Below the pieces are notes generated by a model. That model saw nothing but the letters and a program-made list of their open reading frames with translations. It was not told the origin of the DNA and ran no database searches. A DNA stretch of 64,000 nucleotides, from contig CAYXYY010000030.1 in the NCBI GenBank assembly GCA_964469495.1, forward strand, positions 10,262-74,261. The letters run 5' to 3'. Positions 19,508-29,826 of the stretch are shown one piece after another (position 1 is the stretch's first letter; the number at the start of each line of letters is the position of its first letter). A program made the translations under genes and the position numbers. Source of the DNA: an uncultured Planctomycetia bacterium. GTDB lineage: Bacteria > Omnitrophota > Gorgyraeia > S143-82.

Positions 19508-20294
19508 ATATGTTCTCTTCCTTAGGGAAATTCCCCTGCCTGACTTCTTCAACGTATTGAGAAACAGCGCTGTTATAAGCCTGCCATACGTCGCTATACG
19601 ATTTCACAAACTTGGGCCGAAACTTATCAAACGCGCCGACAACATCGTCAAACACAAGGACCTGTCCATCAGTATAACGTCCGGCGCCGATCCCTATAAC
19701 AGGTATAGCAAGCTGTTCACTAATACGCCTGCCAAGTTGTTCAGGCACACATTCAAGCACTAATGAGAAACATCCCGCCTCCTGCAATCGCACGGCCTCT
19801 TCTAGCAATGCATCCTGCGAGGCATCGTCTCTGCCCTGCACCTTAAATCCGGATCGATTAACAAGGCTCTGTGGAGTAAGCCCGATATGGCCCATAACCT
19901 CTATGCCGATATCCCTCATTGCCTTTACGTCATCAATAATCTTGGGATTTGCGCCTTCCAATTTTACAGCATTTGCCCTGCCCTGCTGTAAAAATCTAAT
20001 CGCGTTTTTAACGCTCTCTTCAGCAAGCACGCCATAAGAACCAAAAGGCATATCTGCAACAACAAAGCTCTCCTGCGCGCCCTGCCTTACAGCTGAAACA
20101 AACAACAACATCTCATCCACGCTTATAGGAATAGTGGACGGCCTTCCTAAAAACGTCATAGCAAGAGAATCCCCGACAAGGATAATGTCAACCCCGTTTT
20201 CCTCGCAGGCCATCGCCGTCGGCGCGCTATAGGCCGTGAGCATCACAATAGGCTCTTTGCCCTTTTTATCTTGTATGAAATTCACATTCCGCAT
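19500..20294 (-). CDS. panB: 3-methyl-2-oxobutanoate hydroxymethyltransferase
   Basis: MLTAY, ILVGDSL, ADMPFGSY, AVKLEG, GHIGLTPQ, IGIGAG..DGQVLV. Confidence 0.96.
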   Translation of the reverse strand: MRNVNFIQDKKGKEPIVMLTAYSAPTAMACEENGVDIILVGDSLAMTFLGRPSTIPISVDEMLLFVSAVRQGAQESFVVADMPFGSYGVLAEESVKNAIRFLQQGRANAVKLEGANPKIIDDVKAMRDIGIEVMGHIGLTPQSLVNRSGFKVQGRDDASQDALLEEAVRLQEAGCFSLVLECVPEQLGRRISEQLAIPVIGIGAGRYTDGQVLVFDDVVGAFDKFRPKFVKSYSDVWQAYNSAVSQYVEEVRQGNFPKEENIYE

Positions 20295-20911
20295 ATTAAC
20301 CTCATTAAAAACTCCATCATAGGATATAGAATATACACAAAAAACCCTGAAAACAACAAAAGCAACAGCACAATCGTGCCATAACGCGCAATCTGCATAT
20401 ACCGCTTGTACAATGCATCTGGCATAAACAATCCCGCAATAGATGCCCCGTCAAGCGGGGGAACAGGCATCAGATTGAACGCAGCCAATAACAGATTTAT
20501 TTTAAGCCCATATACGGCTATAATCAAGACATAAGGATTTTGGGAGAAAGTTCGCATCACAAGGCAGGAGATCATTGCTAACAACAGGTTTGCCAAAGGC
20601 CCTGCCAATGCGCATAACGCCATTGCTATGCGCGGATTTTGCAGTTTTGTAAATTTTAAAGGATTTACAGGCACGGGTAATGCCCATGCAAACAAAACAG
20701 GGCTGTGCGTTATATAAAGCAAAAAAGGTACAAGTAAGGTTCCAACAGGATGCACGTGTTTTATTGGATTCAGCGATAATCTTCCGGCCTTTGCGGCGGT
20801 ATCATCACCAAGCCAAAAGGCAGCAATACCGTGGGCGATCTCATGCAGGATTATGGAATATATAAGAACAAGGATAACAAGCGCCCAGAAAACAACACCG
20901 GAAGCAGGCAT
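20282..20911 (-). CDS. Site-2 protease family (M50) membrane metalloprotease
   Basis: HEIAHG, AGPLAN, FNLMPVPPLDG. Confidence 0.92.
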   Translation of the reverse strand: MPASGVVFWALVILVLIYSIILHEIAHGIAAFWLGDDTAAKAGRLSLNPIKHVHPVGTLLVPFLLYITHSPVLFAWALPVPVNPLKFTKLQNPRIAMALCALAGPLANLLLAMISCLVMRTFSQNPYVLIIAVYGLKINLLLAAFNLMPVPPLDGASIAGLFMPDALYKRYMQIARYGTIVLLLLLFSGFFVYILYPMMEFLMRLICGM

Positions 20912-20912
20912 A

Positions 20913-21305
20913 TCAATCCCCGGCCTGTTTCACAATATCATAGGCAATCTTTACAGCAATGTCTGTATCAGGGATAAGTTTGGCTGTCTTACGCGCCTGC
21001 ACGGTCAAAAACGCCTTGCCATTACTGTTATCCTTTACATCCACCTCCACATAATATTTCCCAAATATCTTTTCTGCATAAATATGCATAGATTCTTCAT
21101 CCACCTCTTCAATCCTGCCGCGAGAACTGAGATAATCCAAGGCAGAATCAAATACCACAGCTGGCGACTTTTCAACAGGCAGATCAACAGAATCATTGCT
21201 TATCATAATCCCGCCTATAACCCCTGTCCCTAACAACATCGCGGCGCATCCGGACGAAAACAACACGGCCAAGACAAATAATAACCTAAATAAGACACCC
21301 CTCAT
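20913..21305 (-). CDS. Lipoprotein (DUF3568-like)
   Basis: Lipobox SSGC followed by Gly-rich LGTGVIGG. Confidence 0.65.
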   Translation of the reverse strand: MRGVLFRLLFVLAVLFSSGCAAMLLGTGVIGGIMISNDSVDLPVEKSPAVVFDSALDYLSSRGRIEEVDEESMHIYAEKIFGKYYVEVDVKDNSNGKAFLTVQARKTAKLIPDTDIAVKIAYDIVKQAGD

Positions 21306-21314
21306 AATCCCCTC

Positions 21315-21815
21315 CTATGTGCTTAAAAAATCCCAATGTAAAACCTCAGACAAAGGCCTTTTTTCTTTTGAAACAGGTTCTCCCTCAGGATAACCAACAG
21401 CAATAACACTTATAAGGCGCAGTCCCCTGCTATTAACGAATCCTAAAACATCATCGCAGTAATCCTTTTTATCTCCTGCAATCCAGCATGCCCCTAACTG
21501 CAGGGCCGAAGCAGCAAGCAAAATATGCGCTGTCGCAGCAGAACCATCTTCAAGATAATACTTGGTATCCTTTGAAAGCACAACAATAGCAGCCGGAGCC
21601 GAAGCCAAAAACGCGCCATTGGGTTTTACAATATCGGCCAACTGCTTTATCCTATTGGTATCCGTGATAATAACAAACTCCCAAGGTTGTTCATTTCTCG
21701 CAGTTGGCGCAAGACGCGCGGAATCAACGAGCTTCACCAGCAAATCCCTTTCAACAGGTGCCTGTCTAAACTTGCGAACACTGCGCCTCTCTTTAACTGC
21801 CTCAAAAAAATCCAT
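21315..21815 (-). CDS. Nitroreductase family protein
   Basis: RRSVRKF, APTARNEQPWEF, LGACWI, IAVGYP. Confidence 0.93.
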   Translation of the reverse strand: MDFFEAVKERRSVRKFRQAPVERDLLVKLVDSARLAPTARNEQPWEFVIITDTNRIKQLADIVKPNGAFLASAPAAIVVLSKDTKYYLEDGSAATAHILLAASALQLGACWIAGDKKDYCDDVLGFVNSRGLRLISVIAVGYPEGEPVSKEKRPLSEVLHWDFLST

Positions 21816-22288
21816 TATCCCTTCCCCTTCCTGACATCGTCTCCAAACATCCCTTCCAATTCCCGCATAAACTGCCTAACGTCCTTAAACTGCCTGTAAA
21901 CCGAGGCAAACCTCACATATGCAACCTCATCCAATATAGCCAATTTGTCCATCACCATCTCGCCGATATCCTTTGAAGAGACCTCCATATCCGCCTTTGA
22001 ACGCAAGGCCTTTTCTATATCCTCCACAATCCGCTCTATTTTCTCAATACTGACAGGCCTTTTCTCACATGCCTTAATAATCCCTCCTATCACCTTATTT
22101 CTGTCAAAGGCCTCTCGCCTGCCGTCTCGTTTCGTCACAAATAATGGCGCAAGCTCAACATGCTCATATGTGGTAAACCTCTTGCCACAGGAAAGGCATT
22201 CTCTCCTTCGGCGGATAACCGTGCCATCGTCATTCTCACGAGAATCAACCACCTTATCAGAGACATCACCGCAATAAGGGCAACGCAT
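21815..22288 (-). CDS. nrdR: Transcriptional repressor NrdR
   Basis: [25 protein letters not shown] cone, AYVRFASVY. Confidence 0.97.
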   Translation of the reverse strand: MRCPYCGDVSDKVVDSRENDDGTVIRRRRECLSCGKRFTTYEHVELAPLFVTKRDGRREAFDRNKVIGGIIKACEKRPVSIEKIERIVEDIEKALRSKADMEVSSKDIGEMVMDKLAILDEVAYVRFASVYRQFKDVRQFMRELEGMFGDDVRKGKG

Positions 22289-22290
22289 AC

Positions 22291-22746
22291 CTATTCACCA
22301 TCCTTTACATCTACCTTTCTCACCAAAATCTGCGCCTCGTTTAAAAACTCCTCGGCAAGTTCGTCCGGGTATCCCTCTGCAATCACAATTTCCTTGATGC
22401 CGGCATTAATCAACATCTTTGCGCATATAATACACGGTTGATTAGTCACATACATCACACTGCCCTTTAAACTAACGCCATGAAGAGCCGCTTGAATAAT
22501 GGCATTCTGCTCGGCATGGAGCCCTCGGCAAAGCTCGTGTCTTTGCCCGGAAGGCACGTTGAGCTTTTCCCTGAGGCACCCGGTTTCACTACAATGCCTA
22601 ATCCCTGAAGGCGCGCCATTATAACCACTTGCCAGAATATGCTTATCCTTGACAGCCACAGCACCTACTTTTCTGCGCAAGCAGGTTGAACGTTGCCTTA
22701 CCAAAAATGCAATTCGCATAAAATATTCATCCCAGCTAGGACGCAC
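22291..22746 (-). CDS. dCMP deaminase (ComEB family)
   Basis: [28 protein letters not shown]. Confidence 0.93.
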   Translation of the reverse strand: MRPSWDEYFMRIAFLVRQRSTCLRRKVGAVAVKDKHILASGYNGAPSGIRHCSETGCLREKLNVPSGQRHELCRGLHAEQNAIIQAALHGVSLKGSVMYVTNQPCIICAKMLINAGIKEIVIAEGYPDELAEEFLNEAQILVRKVDVKDGE

Positions 22747-23770
22747 TTAAACCAAACCTCCTCTTTAATGCCGCAGATGCAAACACATCATCAAATGCAT
22801 CTATCACATCCTGAACAGATATGTTTTGCAGGCAAATAAAACCCTTCCTGCACTTATGAGCAAGACAAACCTCACAAGTTGCCTTGTGCAAAACAGCCTT
22901 ATTGCTCGTCAAAGGAGCCCAACGCTGGGGCGAAAGCCCCGAGTCATTTCTGCCAAATATAACCACACATGCCAATCCCAAGGCAGCCGCAATATGCACA
23001 GGCCCGCTGTCATTTGAGATTATGATATCGCACCCAGACAATATTTCAACCGTTTCTTTGAGGCTTACCCCTGTTTTGTCCAAAACAAAACCATATTCTT
23101 CCGTTTGTTGCAGGATCATTTTGGCATTAGTGGCCTCGTTTTTATCACCTATCAAGATTACATCCAACTCTCTGCCTAACAAAACCTTTATAACCTCAAT
23201 GAAATTTTCTATCGGCCAACGTTTGGAAGGGCAACTCGCTCCTGTATGAACAGCAATGATAGGCCTTTCATTGCGAAAAGTCCTGCCCGGCACATTTAAT
23301 CTTGGTTCAGGCCTTTTCCACTTAGCAATCTCTAACATCGGCAAAAACAACATATTATATTGCGCTTCATGCATAAGGCCGTAACGCTTGGTATCCTCTA
23401 TCGTATTGGTTAAGAAAAACCTGCCACCTTTTACAGCCCACCCATAACGCCTTTTAATCCTGGACAAAAACAAAAGCAGATGCAGGCGAAAATTTGAATT
23501 TAAGGCAATCACCACATCAAACTCTTGGGATTTCAACTGCCTTGCAAAAGAAAAGAGATTGGACAGCTTCTTCATCTCCCTTTTATCATATACGAAAAAC
23601 CCGTCATTGGGTTCAACAAATTCCATCAACGGCCTATTAATAGGCGCAATGAGCCAGTATATCTTTGCATCAGGATAAGCCTGTCTTATCTCCTTGGCAA
23701 ATGGAATAGACAAAATAAAATCGCCTATTCTATCAGTCCTGCAAATGAGAATCCTTTTTAACTGCCCCAT
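22736..23770 (-). CDS. GT9 glycosyltransferase (LPS heptosyltransferase-like)
   Basis: [25 protein letters not shown]; likely start MGQLKR after SD AGGGGAG. Confidence 0.9.
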   Translation of the reverse strand: MGQLKRILICRTDRIGDFILSIPFAKEIRQAYPDAKIYWLIAPINRPLMEFVEPNDGFFVYDKREMKKLSNLFSFARQLKSQEFDVVIALNSNFRLHLLLFLSRIKRRYGWAVKGGRFFLTNTIEDTKRYGLMHEAQYNMLFLPMLEIAKWKRPEPRLNVPGRTFRNERPIIAVHTGASCPSKRWPIENFIEVIKVLLGRELDVILIGDKNEATNAKMILQQTEEYGFVLDKTGVSLKETVEILSGCDIIISNDSGPVHIAAALGLACVVIFGRNDSGLSPQRWAPLTSNKAVLHKATCEVCLAHKCRKGFICLQNISVQDVIDAFDDVFASAALKRRFGLSAS

Positions 23771-23900
23771 AACTCCCCTTATAATAAAAATTGGCCGCAT
23801 TAATTATACCACATAAAACCATAAGCCCAAACTTATGAGTATATAGGATTTATTTGCAAGAATAATATCCCTATAACTATATAAGTAACATAAATTTGTG

Positions 23901-23928
23901 TTGACAAGTCATTACAATTGGTTATAGT
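23901..23928 (+). promoter_or_regulatory. Sigma70-type promoter of the pilin pair
   Basis: TTGACA-N16-TATAGT followed by SD AGGAGG before ATG 23950. Confidence 0.6.
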
Positions 23929-23949
23929 TTTAAGTAAACAGGAGGCCGG

Positions 23950-24522
23950 ATGCAAAAGTGGTTATACGCAGATAAAAAGGGATTTTCCCTAATCGAGGTA
24001 TTGATTGCAACTACGATACTTGCTATATCCATAGTTGCAGGATTAACTGCGTATATCAGTGGAGAGAAATACGTCAAAGCGGCCAGGACGCGGGATGCCG
24101 CTTATATGATCCTAACGCAGGAAGCGGAAGAACTGCTTTCTATGGACTTTAATTATTTATCAGGGCAAAGTTACTACAGTTTTTCTTTTGACGGAACAGG
24201 GGCGAACCTTAATAAAACAGGAAGCAATGTCATCATTTCTTGTGATCCGAATGACCTGCTTTCAAACGCCCCATACAAGGCCGCTCACTTTGACCCGCAT
24301 GGCCTGAAAGGCGCTATTAGGGTTTATATCAGCAAGGTTAATGGATCAAATGACAACCTGCTCGATGTCAAGATAGTCCTGTGTTATCAAATAGACAACG
24401 TGATTGTAGGCGAAGATAAAAATCTAAATGGATCATTAGAGATCGTGGAAGATAGTGATAGTGATGGCGAGATAGATTCTCCATTGACATTGAATATGTC
24501 CATATCAAGGATAGGCGTATGA
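23950..24522 (+). CDS. Minor pilin-like protein (PilV-like) with Dx[DN]xDG-type loops
   Basis: KKG|FSLIEVL prepilin site; EDKNLNGSLE and DSDSDGEID motifs. Confidence 0.85.
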   Translation: MQKWLYADKKGFSLIEVLIATTILAISIVAGLTAYISGEKYVKAARTRDAAYMILTQEAEELLSMDFNYLSGQSYYSFSFDGTGANLNKTGSNVIISCDPNDLLSNAPYKAAHFDPHGLKGAIRVYISKVNGSNDNLLDVKIVLCYQIDNVIVGEDKNLNGSLEIVEDSDSDGEIDSPLTLNMSISRIGV

Positions 24523-25130
24523 GAAAAGAGCAGGGATTTACATTAGTAGAACTTCTGATAGCTATGGCAATCGCCGTGATCATTGCCGGCGGGTTTCTTG
24601 CCGCTGGTATGCTTATGATACGGGGGACTAATTCCACAAACCAAAAGATACAGATTCAATACGAGTTTGATAGGACATGCCATGATATTTATAACCTGTT
24701 AATCAATACAGACAAAAGCCATATCAATCAGATTATCACAACGTCTCCCGCTCCCGATGCAATAGGAACAGGTATTATATTTCAGATCCCAACAATAGAC
24801 ACAAATGGATCTTTCACAACAAGTTCAGGTATATTAGTTTGGGGAGATGGACAGACTAAAAACCATTACATACGCATAAGACAGGATGAAAACAATGATG
24901 TTGTGATGGAAAAAATTACTAGTCTCTCTGGCCCTACAATAGTGGAGAAGAAAATCTTGATAAAAGACTGTTCAATGCAAATAAGGGGCGCTTTTATCAA
25001 CAACAGCGGGGCATTGGAATACAACAACGCGACTCCTTCTATACTGGACATCTCTTTTGAAAAACAGGATAAATACTTCACAAATCAGAAATACAAAAAA
25101 CACATCCATATTACGCTGAGAGTGCACTAA
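24519..25130 (+). CDS. Minor pilin-like protein (PilW/GspJ-like)
   Basis: EQG|FTLVELL prepilin site; ATGA overlap with the upstream pilin. Confidence 0.85.
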   Translation: MRKEQGFTLVELLIAMAIAVIIAGGFLAAGMLMIRGTNSTNQKIQIQYEFDRTCHDIYNLLINTDKSHINQIITTSPAPDAIGTGIIFQIPTIDTNGSFTTSSGILVWGDGQTKNHYIRIRQDENNDVVMEKITSLSGPTIVEKKILIKDCSMQIRGAFINNSGALEYNNATPSILDISFEKQDKYFTNQKYKKHIHITLRVH

Positions 25131-26183
25131 TCAGGATTTATTCCCAGCGGAAAGCTCATCCAATATCCTTGAGGTGTATGGCAATGTGCACTTGTTGCAA
25201 ATGGCCATCTTTCTATAATTGCCTTCCCAATGCCATCTACGCATCTTCTCGTATTCCTCTCCATGCCAGATTTCATACAAGCTGTCTGTTTTTGCATTTC
25301 CAAGTTTTAAGGACACATCTAAATCTCCGCAACAAGGCGTTATTGTGCCATCCCATATAACAAACATCCTCTGCCATAATTGAGCGCATACAAAATCGTC
25401 TTCCGAGCCGTCTACCTTGGCAATATAGCGGTTATCCGCCTCTTTATCCTCGCCAAGATAATTGACATAATTCACAAACGTAACAAGATCAACTTTATCT
25501 TTCCAAAAATCATAGAATTCATCCACCTCGTCAAGGTTCTCTTTCATCTTCACCATTGACACGCGCACACAAGGCTTTCTCATTCCTTTTCTGTCGCGCA
25601 ACGCAACAAAATCCTCGACATTCCTCACGACCTCTTCAAAAACAGCTCCAACCCTTATCTGCTCGTACCTTTCCTTTTTTATCGAATCAAAGGATATAAT
25701 TATTCTATCTATGCCGGCATCCAAAACCCTTTCAGCCAAATCGCCCTTTAACAGGACACCATTTGTGTTAAATTGCACGTCAACAACTCCATTGTTTTTC
25801 GCGTATTTAATCATCTCCGGCAACTGCTTATGTAATAGGGGCTCGCCTGTGTAATTTAATTTCACTGCGTAAAGCCCATATTTGGCCCCTTCGTCTATTA
25901 TCTTCTTGTAAAGATCAAAATCCATAAAACCAAGCCTGTCCTTGTGTTTTGAGTCAAAATCCACCAGCGTCCTATAACACATAGGGCACTTCAAATTACA
26001 AAACGACGTGCTTTCCAGATCCAGATTTAAAGGGAATTCAGGGACATCACCCTTTTGTGGAAGTTCATTCCACAACCTACGGTATTCTTTATAACGATCT
26101 CCTAGGGCATCTTCACAAGGAAGCCATTCCACGTCCTTGACTTCCTCATATGTTGGATTGATTTTCACTTTTTTTTCCGCCAT
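25131..26183 (-). CDS. Radical SAM protein with SPASM/twitch domain
   Basis: CNLKCPMC, GEPLL, TNG; C-terminal CAQLW...PCCGD...CNKC. Likely start MAEKKV (26183); the longer ORF overlaps the 6S RNA. Confidence 0.9.
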   Translation of the reverse strand: MAEKKVKINPTYEEVKDVEWLPCEDALGDRYKEYRRLWNELPQKGDVPEFPLNLDLESTSFCNLKCPMCYRTLVDFDSKHKDRLGFMDFDLYKKIIDEGAKYGLYAVKLNYTGEPLLHKQLPEMIKYAKNNGVVDVQFNTNGVLLKGDLAERVLDAGIDRIIISFDSIKKERYEQIRVGAVFEEVVRNVEDFVALRDRKGMRKPCVRVSMVKMKENLDEVDEFYDFWKDKVDLVTFVNYVNYLGEDKEADNRYIAKVDGSEDDFVCAQLWQRMFVIWDGTITPCCGDLDVSLKLGNAKTDSLYEIWHGEEYEKMRRWHWEGNYRKMAICNKCTLPYTSRILDELSAGNKS

Positions 26184-26216
26184 ACATCCCCCTCTACAAT
26201 TTATTGACATCAAAAA

Positions 26217-26365
26217 GGACCGCCTTGCCGTGGAATAGACATAGCCTGAACCCCAAAACAAAGTGGGAACTCGCCTTATGCCCCACGGGACACAAGGACG
26301 ACAGTCCCCTGTTTCAAGGTGTTGGTTCAGCTACGTGCCTATACCTCACGAACAAGGCAGTACCC
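26217..26365 (-). ncRNA. ssrS: 6S RNA (compact, about 145-150 nt)
   Basis: Manual fold: closing stem ACUGCCUUG/CAAGGCGGU, GUAGCUGAACC/GGUUCAGGCUAU helix, central bubble AACACCUUGAAACA, terminal GGGGAC..GUUCCC stem; upstream promoter. Confidence 0.8.
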
Positions 26366-26372
26366 ATTACTA

Positions 26373-26401
26373 ATAATAACAAAACCCGGATAAAAAGGCA
26401 A
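26373..26401 (-). promoter_or_regulatory. Sigma70-type promoter of the 6S RNA
   Basis: TTGCCT-N17-TATTAT about 10 nt upstream of the closing stem. Confidence 0.6.
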
Positions 26402-26418
26402 TCTTTATAAAAAGCGAT

Positions 26419-27474
26419 TTATCTTATGTAAACAAACGCGCCTTTTCTTTTTATTTCCCCGTTCAATTCCAGTTTCATCAACTCCTTCAATACATACGAG
26501 GCATCTTTTTGCAAAGCGAGACATATTTCTTCCACATCAAGACGGCATTTTTTATTTAACAATTTTAGTATGGGATGTGGATTTCCATTATACTTATCAA
26601 TTATATATTCTCTTTCTCTTTGATTTTTTAACACAGCGGTCTTTCTATTTATTCCCATACTCAACAAGACATCTTCAACCGACAAAAGAGGGATTGCGCC
26701 GTCAAATATCAGCTTATTGCTACCCATAGAATTAACAGCATTTATCTGCCCGGGAAGACTAAACACATCTCTGCCCAAATCAAGACTAAATCCGGCGGTA
26801 ATCAAAGCGCCGCTCCTTTTGCCCGCCTCCATTACCAACAGCACCTCTGATAAGGCGCTTATTATGCGATTTCTGCGAGGAAAGTTATATCTCATCGGCG
26901 GAACAAACGGCGGATATTCGCTGATTACAACGCCTCCTAGGCCTATTATGCGTTCGCTTAATGCCCTGTTTTGCTTTGGATACATATCGGCCAAACCACT
27001 GCCAATAACAGCAGCGGTAATGCCGCCTGCCTTTAACGCGCCTTTATGCGCATACGTATCTATTCCTATTGCAAGTCCGCTAATGACTGATATGTTCAAC
27101 TGCGCCAGTTCATATGCAAAACTCTGCGCGGCATTCAATCCATAGGCGCTTGCCCTGCGCGAGCCAACTATACCGACTCGTCTGCTATTATTTAATCTGC
27201 TCACATCACCCTCCACAAACAATACAATCGGCGCATCTTGAAGGTCCAATAAGGCCTCCGGATATGCCTTATCCCAGATGCTTATCAGACTAACATCGTT
27301 ATTCTCTATAAATGACCTTGCTTTCTCAAATTCATCGCTGTTTCTAATTTTTTCAATCTTTTCTCTATATAAACCAAAAAACTCCTGCGCGGAAGAACAA
27401 GAACGGGCCTGTTTTACGGCCTTTTTTTTATCATACAAAAAGGCTATACCCAATTTTAATGAAAGGATATCCAT
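26419..27474 (-). CDS. dprA: DNA-processing protein DprA
   Basis: YPEAL..APIVLF, IVGSRRASAYG, SGLAIGIDT.AH, FPRRNRIISALS, SGALITA. Confidence 0.95.
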   Translation of the reverse strand: MDILSLKLGIAFLYDKKKAVKQARSCSSAQEFFGLYREKIEKIRNSDEFEKARSFIENNDVSLISIWDKAYPEALLDLQDAPIVLFVEGDVSRLNNSRRVGIVGSRRASAYGLNAAQSFAYELAQLNISVISGLAIGIDTYAHKGALKAGGITAAVIGSGLADMYPKQNRALSERIIGLGGVVISEYPPFVPPMRYNFPRRNRIISALSEVLLVMEAGKRSGALITAGFSLDLGRDVFSLPGQINAVNSMGSNKLIFDGAIPLLSVEDVLLSMGINRKTAVLKNQREREYIIDKYNGNPHPILKLLNKKCRLDVEEICLALQKDASYVLKELMKLELNGEIKRKGAFVYIR

Positions 27475-27478
27475 AGCA

Positions 27479-28552
27479 TTACTGGCTCATTACTTGCGTC
27501 AATGTAAATAAAGGCAAGAACATTGCTATGACAATAAAACCAACCATTAATCCCATAAAAACTATGAGAAACGGCTCTAATATAGACGTCAACGATCCAA
27601 CCAATACATCTATCTCATCATCAAATGTCTGCGCTATCTCCATAAGCATAGACGGCAGGTTTCCGGTCTCCTCACCGACACTTACCATTTCAACAAAAAG
27701 AGGGACAAAGACTTTCGGATTAGATCTCAAAAACGGCGTTATATTCTCTCCCTCTTCAACCAACAACGCCATCTGTCCTATTAAGGATTTGAACACCTGA
27801 TTATTAATCGTCTCTTTGACAACAGCTAATGCAGATAATATCGGCACGCCGCTTGCAAGCAGCGTCCCTAACATATGGGCAAAGACGCTCAAATAGAACT
27901 TTTTCAATAACGGCCCTATTACAGGCAATTTCAACACAAAATTATCAAACTTATACCTTAACGCCGGAACTTGCAACAGATAATTAAAACCCAATATCAA
28001 TAATGTTATTATGCCTATGCCTATATACCATTTGGACCTTATAAACGTTGAGACTGCCAATAAAAAGCGCGTTGGCCCCGGCAGGGCTTCTCCATATTCT
28101 GCAAACATCTTCATAAAAGATGGGACAACAAACGTCATTATAACCAATAAAATTATCAAAGCTATGGCCAAAATAAATGCAGGATACACAAATGCTGATA
28201 TCACTTTTCTCTTTGTCTTTTGCTGTTTTTCTAGAAAAACCGATAATCTGTGAAAGATCTCCTCCAGCGCGCCCCCCAATTCAGCCGCCTTGACCATATT
28301 AGTAAAATAATACGGAAAAACCTGTGGGAAGTTTTCCATTGCCCCTGACAACGGCTCGCCTTGTTCAACTTGCAAAGCAAGAGATGAAACTATCGCTTTC
28401 ATCTCATCATCGCTCATCTGGTCTGAAAGCGTTTTTAAGGCGCGAACCAACGGAATCCCAGACTTGAGCATTACATACAACTGGCGGGAAAAATAAACAA
28501 GCTGCCCTGAATGTCTTTTCCAGGGCAGCTTTATCCTGATATTGGAAAACAT
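27479..28552 (-). CDS. pilC: Type IV pilus / T2SS platform protein PilC/GspF
   Basis: FSRQLYVMLKSGIPL, GEPLSGAM, AFVYP, VGEETGNL, ILEP, IAMFLP. Confidence 0.92.
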   Translation of the reverse strand: MFSNIRIKLPWKRHSGQLVYFSRQLYVMLKSGIPLVRALKTLSDQMSDDEMKAIVSSLALQVEQGEPLSGAMENFPQVFPYYFTNMVKAAELGGALEEIFHRLSVFLEKQQKTKRKVISAFVYPAFILAIALIILLVIMTFVVPSFMKMFAEYGEALPGPTRFLLAVSTFIRSKWYIGIGIITLLILGFNYLLQVPALRYKFDNFVLKLPVIGPLLKKFYLSVFAHMLGTLLASGVPILSALAVVKETINNQVFKSLIGQMALLVEEGENITPFLRSNPKVFVPLFVEMVSVGEETGNLPSMLMEIAQTFDDEIDVLVGSLTSILEPFLIVFMGLMVGFIVIAMFLPLFTLTQVMSQ

Positions 28553-28553
28553 C

Positions 28554-29786
28554 TTATTTTACTGTATCGCCGACTTGTATCTCCTCATCTCCATAGATGT
28601 CAAGTATATCAGCTGCGCAGATCTTTTTCCTGACCATTACAACCTTAACACGCGCTATCTTTGTGCCATCTCTTAACACATCAAACTCCATATCCTTGAC
28701 AACGCCGTCTTTCTCCCCTATATCCACTACAACAAAGTTATTAGCTTCATTGACCGCTATAACCTTACCTTTTAACTTAAGGCCGGCGGATACAACCGAG
28801 CTGTCTTTATCCACGACTATCGGCGGCAGATCCACAATAGAAGATTTGGACGTATTATCCACCTTTTTCTTGACTGTGCTCATTTTATCCGTCATTTCCA
28901 TTATATTAGAGATACCTTCACGTATAATCGTATCCATATCCTCCAAGTTTCTCTTAAGCACATCTCTCTCTTCCTCTGTTGAAGCCAACTGCCTTTCAAG
29001 ATAGGTCTCTGATTTCGTGAGTTTCATCACGCGCGTCTTCATCTGTTTGTTCTCGCTATCTATTTTATCAAGCATCTGCCTCATAGCGCGGCGGTTTTCC
29101 TTCTCTCTCACAAAATCTCTTGAAAGGATTGCAACCATCCTTCTCGTATAATCAAGCTGTCTTTGAAGTTCGTCATTCTTTCTTTCCAGATTAGACAACT
29201 TTATCTCCAATTCCAATTTTTTCTGCAGGGCTTCTTTCCTATCCAATTTTGCCTGACGCAGCTCTGATTTAAGCTCGTCTATCTTTGCCTGAAGCTCGGC
29301 CTTGCTCTGAACAACGTCCGCCCAAAAATCATCTTGAGGAATCTCTTTAACCTCTTTCTTGGCAAGTTTCTTTTCTTCTTCCAACGTCTTGACTTTTACC
29401 TTTAATTCACCCAATTCTTCCTTTTTCTTGTCTAATTCGTCCTCCAGATCCGAAACTTTATCCTTTAACTTCGCCTTATCTTTCAAGACTTCTTCATATT
29501 TTGTCTTATAATTTTGTTTCTCCAGCTTCAAGGAATCAATCTGCGATTTATATGCGGTAATATCCTTCTCAAGGGAGGAAATCTTTGACTGCAATGAGGC
29601 CTTTTCTTTCTTTAAATTGCCTATATCCGTGTTGAGCTTGGAAAGTTTGGCATCGTATTTTCTGACTGTCTCTCTAAGGGAGCGTTTCAGTCCCTCTGAT
29701 TGAGAATAAAACTGAAAAGCAACACCCAAGACAACCAGAATCAATACAACTAATCCGACGATAAGAACCTTAGACTTATCCATCAT
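28554..29786 (-). CDS. Membrane-anchored long coiled-coil protein with C-terminal beta domain (FlgT-C-like)
   Basis: N-terminal TM helix, about 280 aa of K/E-rich heptads, then GKVIAVN..NFVVVDIGEKDGV..FDVLR..ARVKV. Confidence 0.75.
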   Translation of the reverse strand: MMDKSKVLIVGLVVLILVVLGVAFQFYSQSEGLKRSLRETVRKYDAKLSKLNTDIGNLKKEKASLQSKISSLEKDITAYKSQIDSLKLEKQNYKTKYEEVLKDKAKLKDKVSDLEDELDKKKEELGELKVKVKTLEEEKKLAKKEVKEIPQDDFWADVVQSKAELQAKIDELKSELRQAKLDRKEALQKKLELEIKLSNLERKNDELQRQLDYTRRMVAILSRDFVREKENRRAMRQMLDKIDSENKQMKTRVMKLTKSETYLERQLASTEEERDVLKRNLEDMDTIIREGISNIMEMTDKMSTVKKKVDNTSKSSIVDLPPIVVDKDSSVVSAGLKLKGKVIAVNEANNFVVVDIGEKDGVVKDMEFDVLRDGTKIARVKVVMVRKKICAADILDIYGDEEIQVGDTVK

Positions 29787-29826
29787 CCCCCCTTTTTTGG
29801 ATACAACTATCCTAACTTAAAAAAAA

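Noticed and set aside
26184-26261. N-terminal extensions in the ORF track (radical SAM; also hcp to 6644, rubredoxin to 5195, fprA to 4998, lipoyl protein to 47129)
   Set aside because: They run into RNA genes, regulatory DNA or neighbouring genes; downstream ATGs have SD sequences and family-typical N-termini
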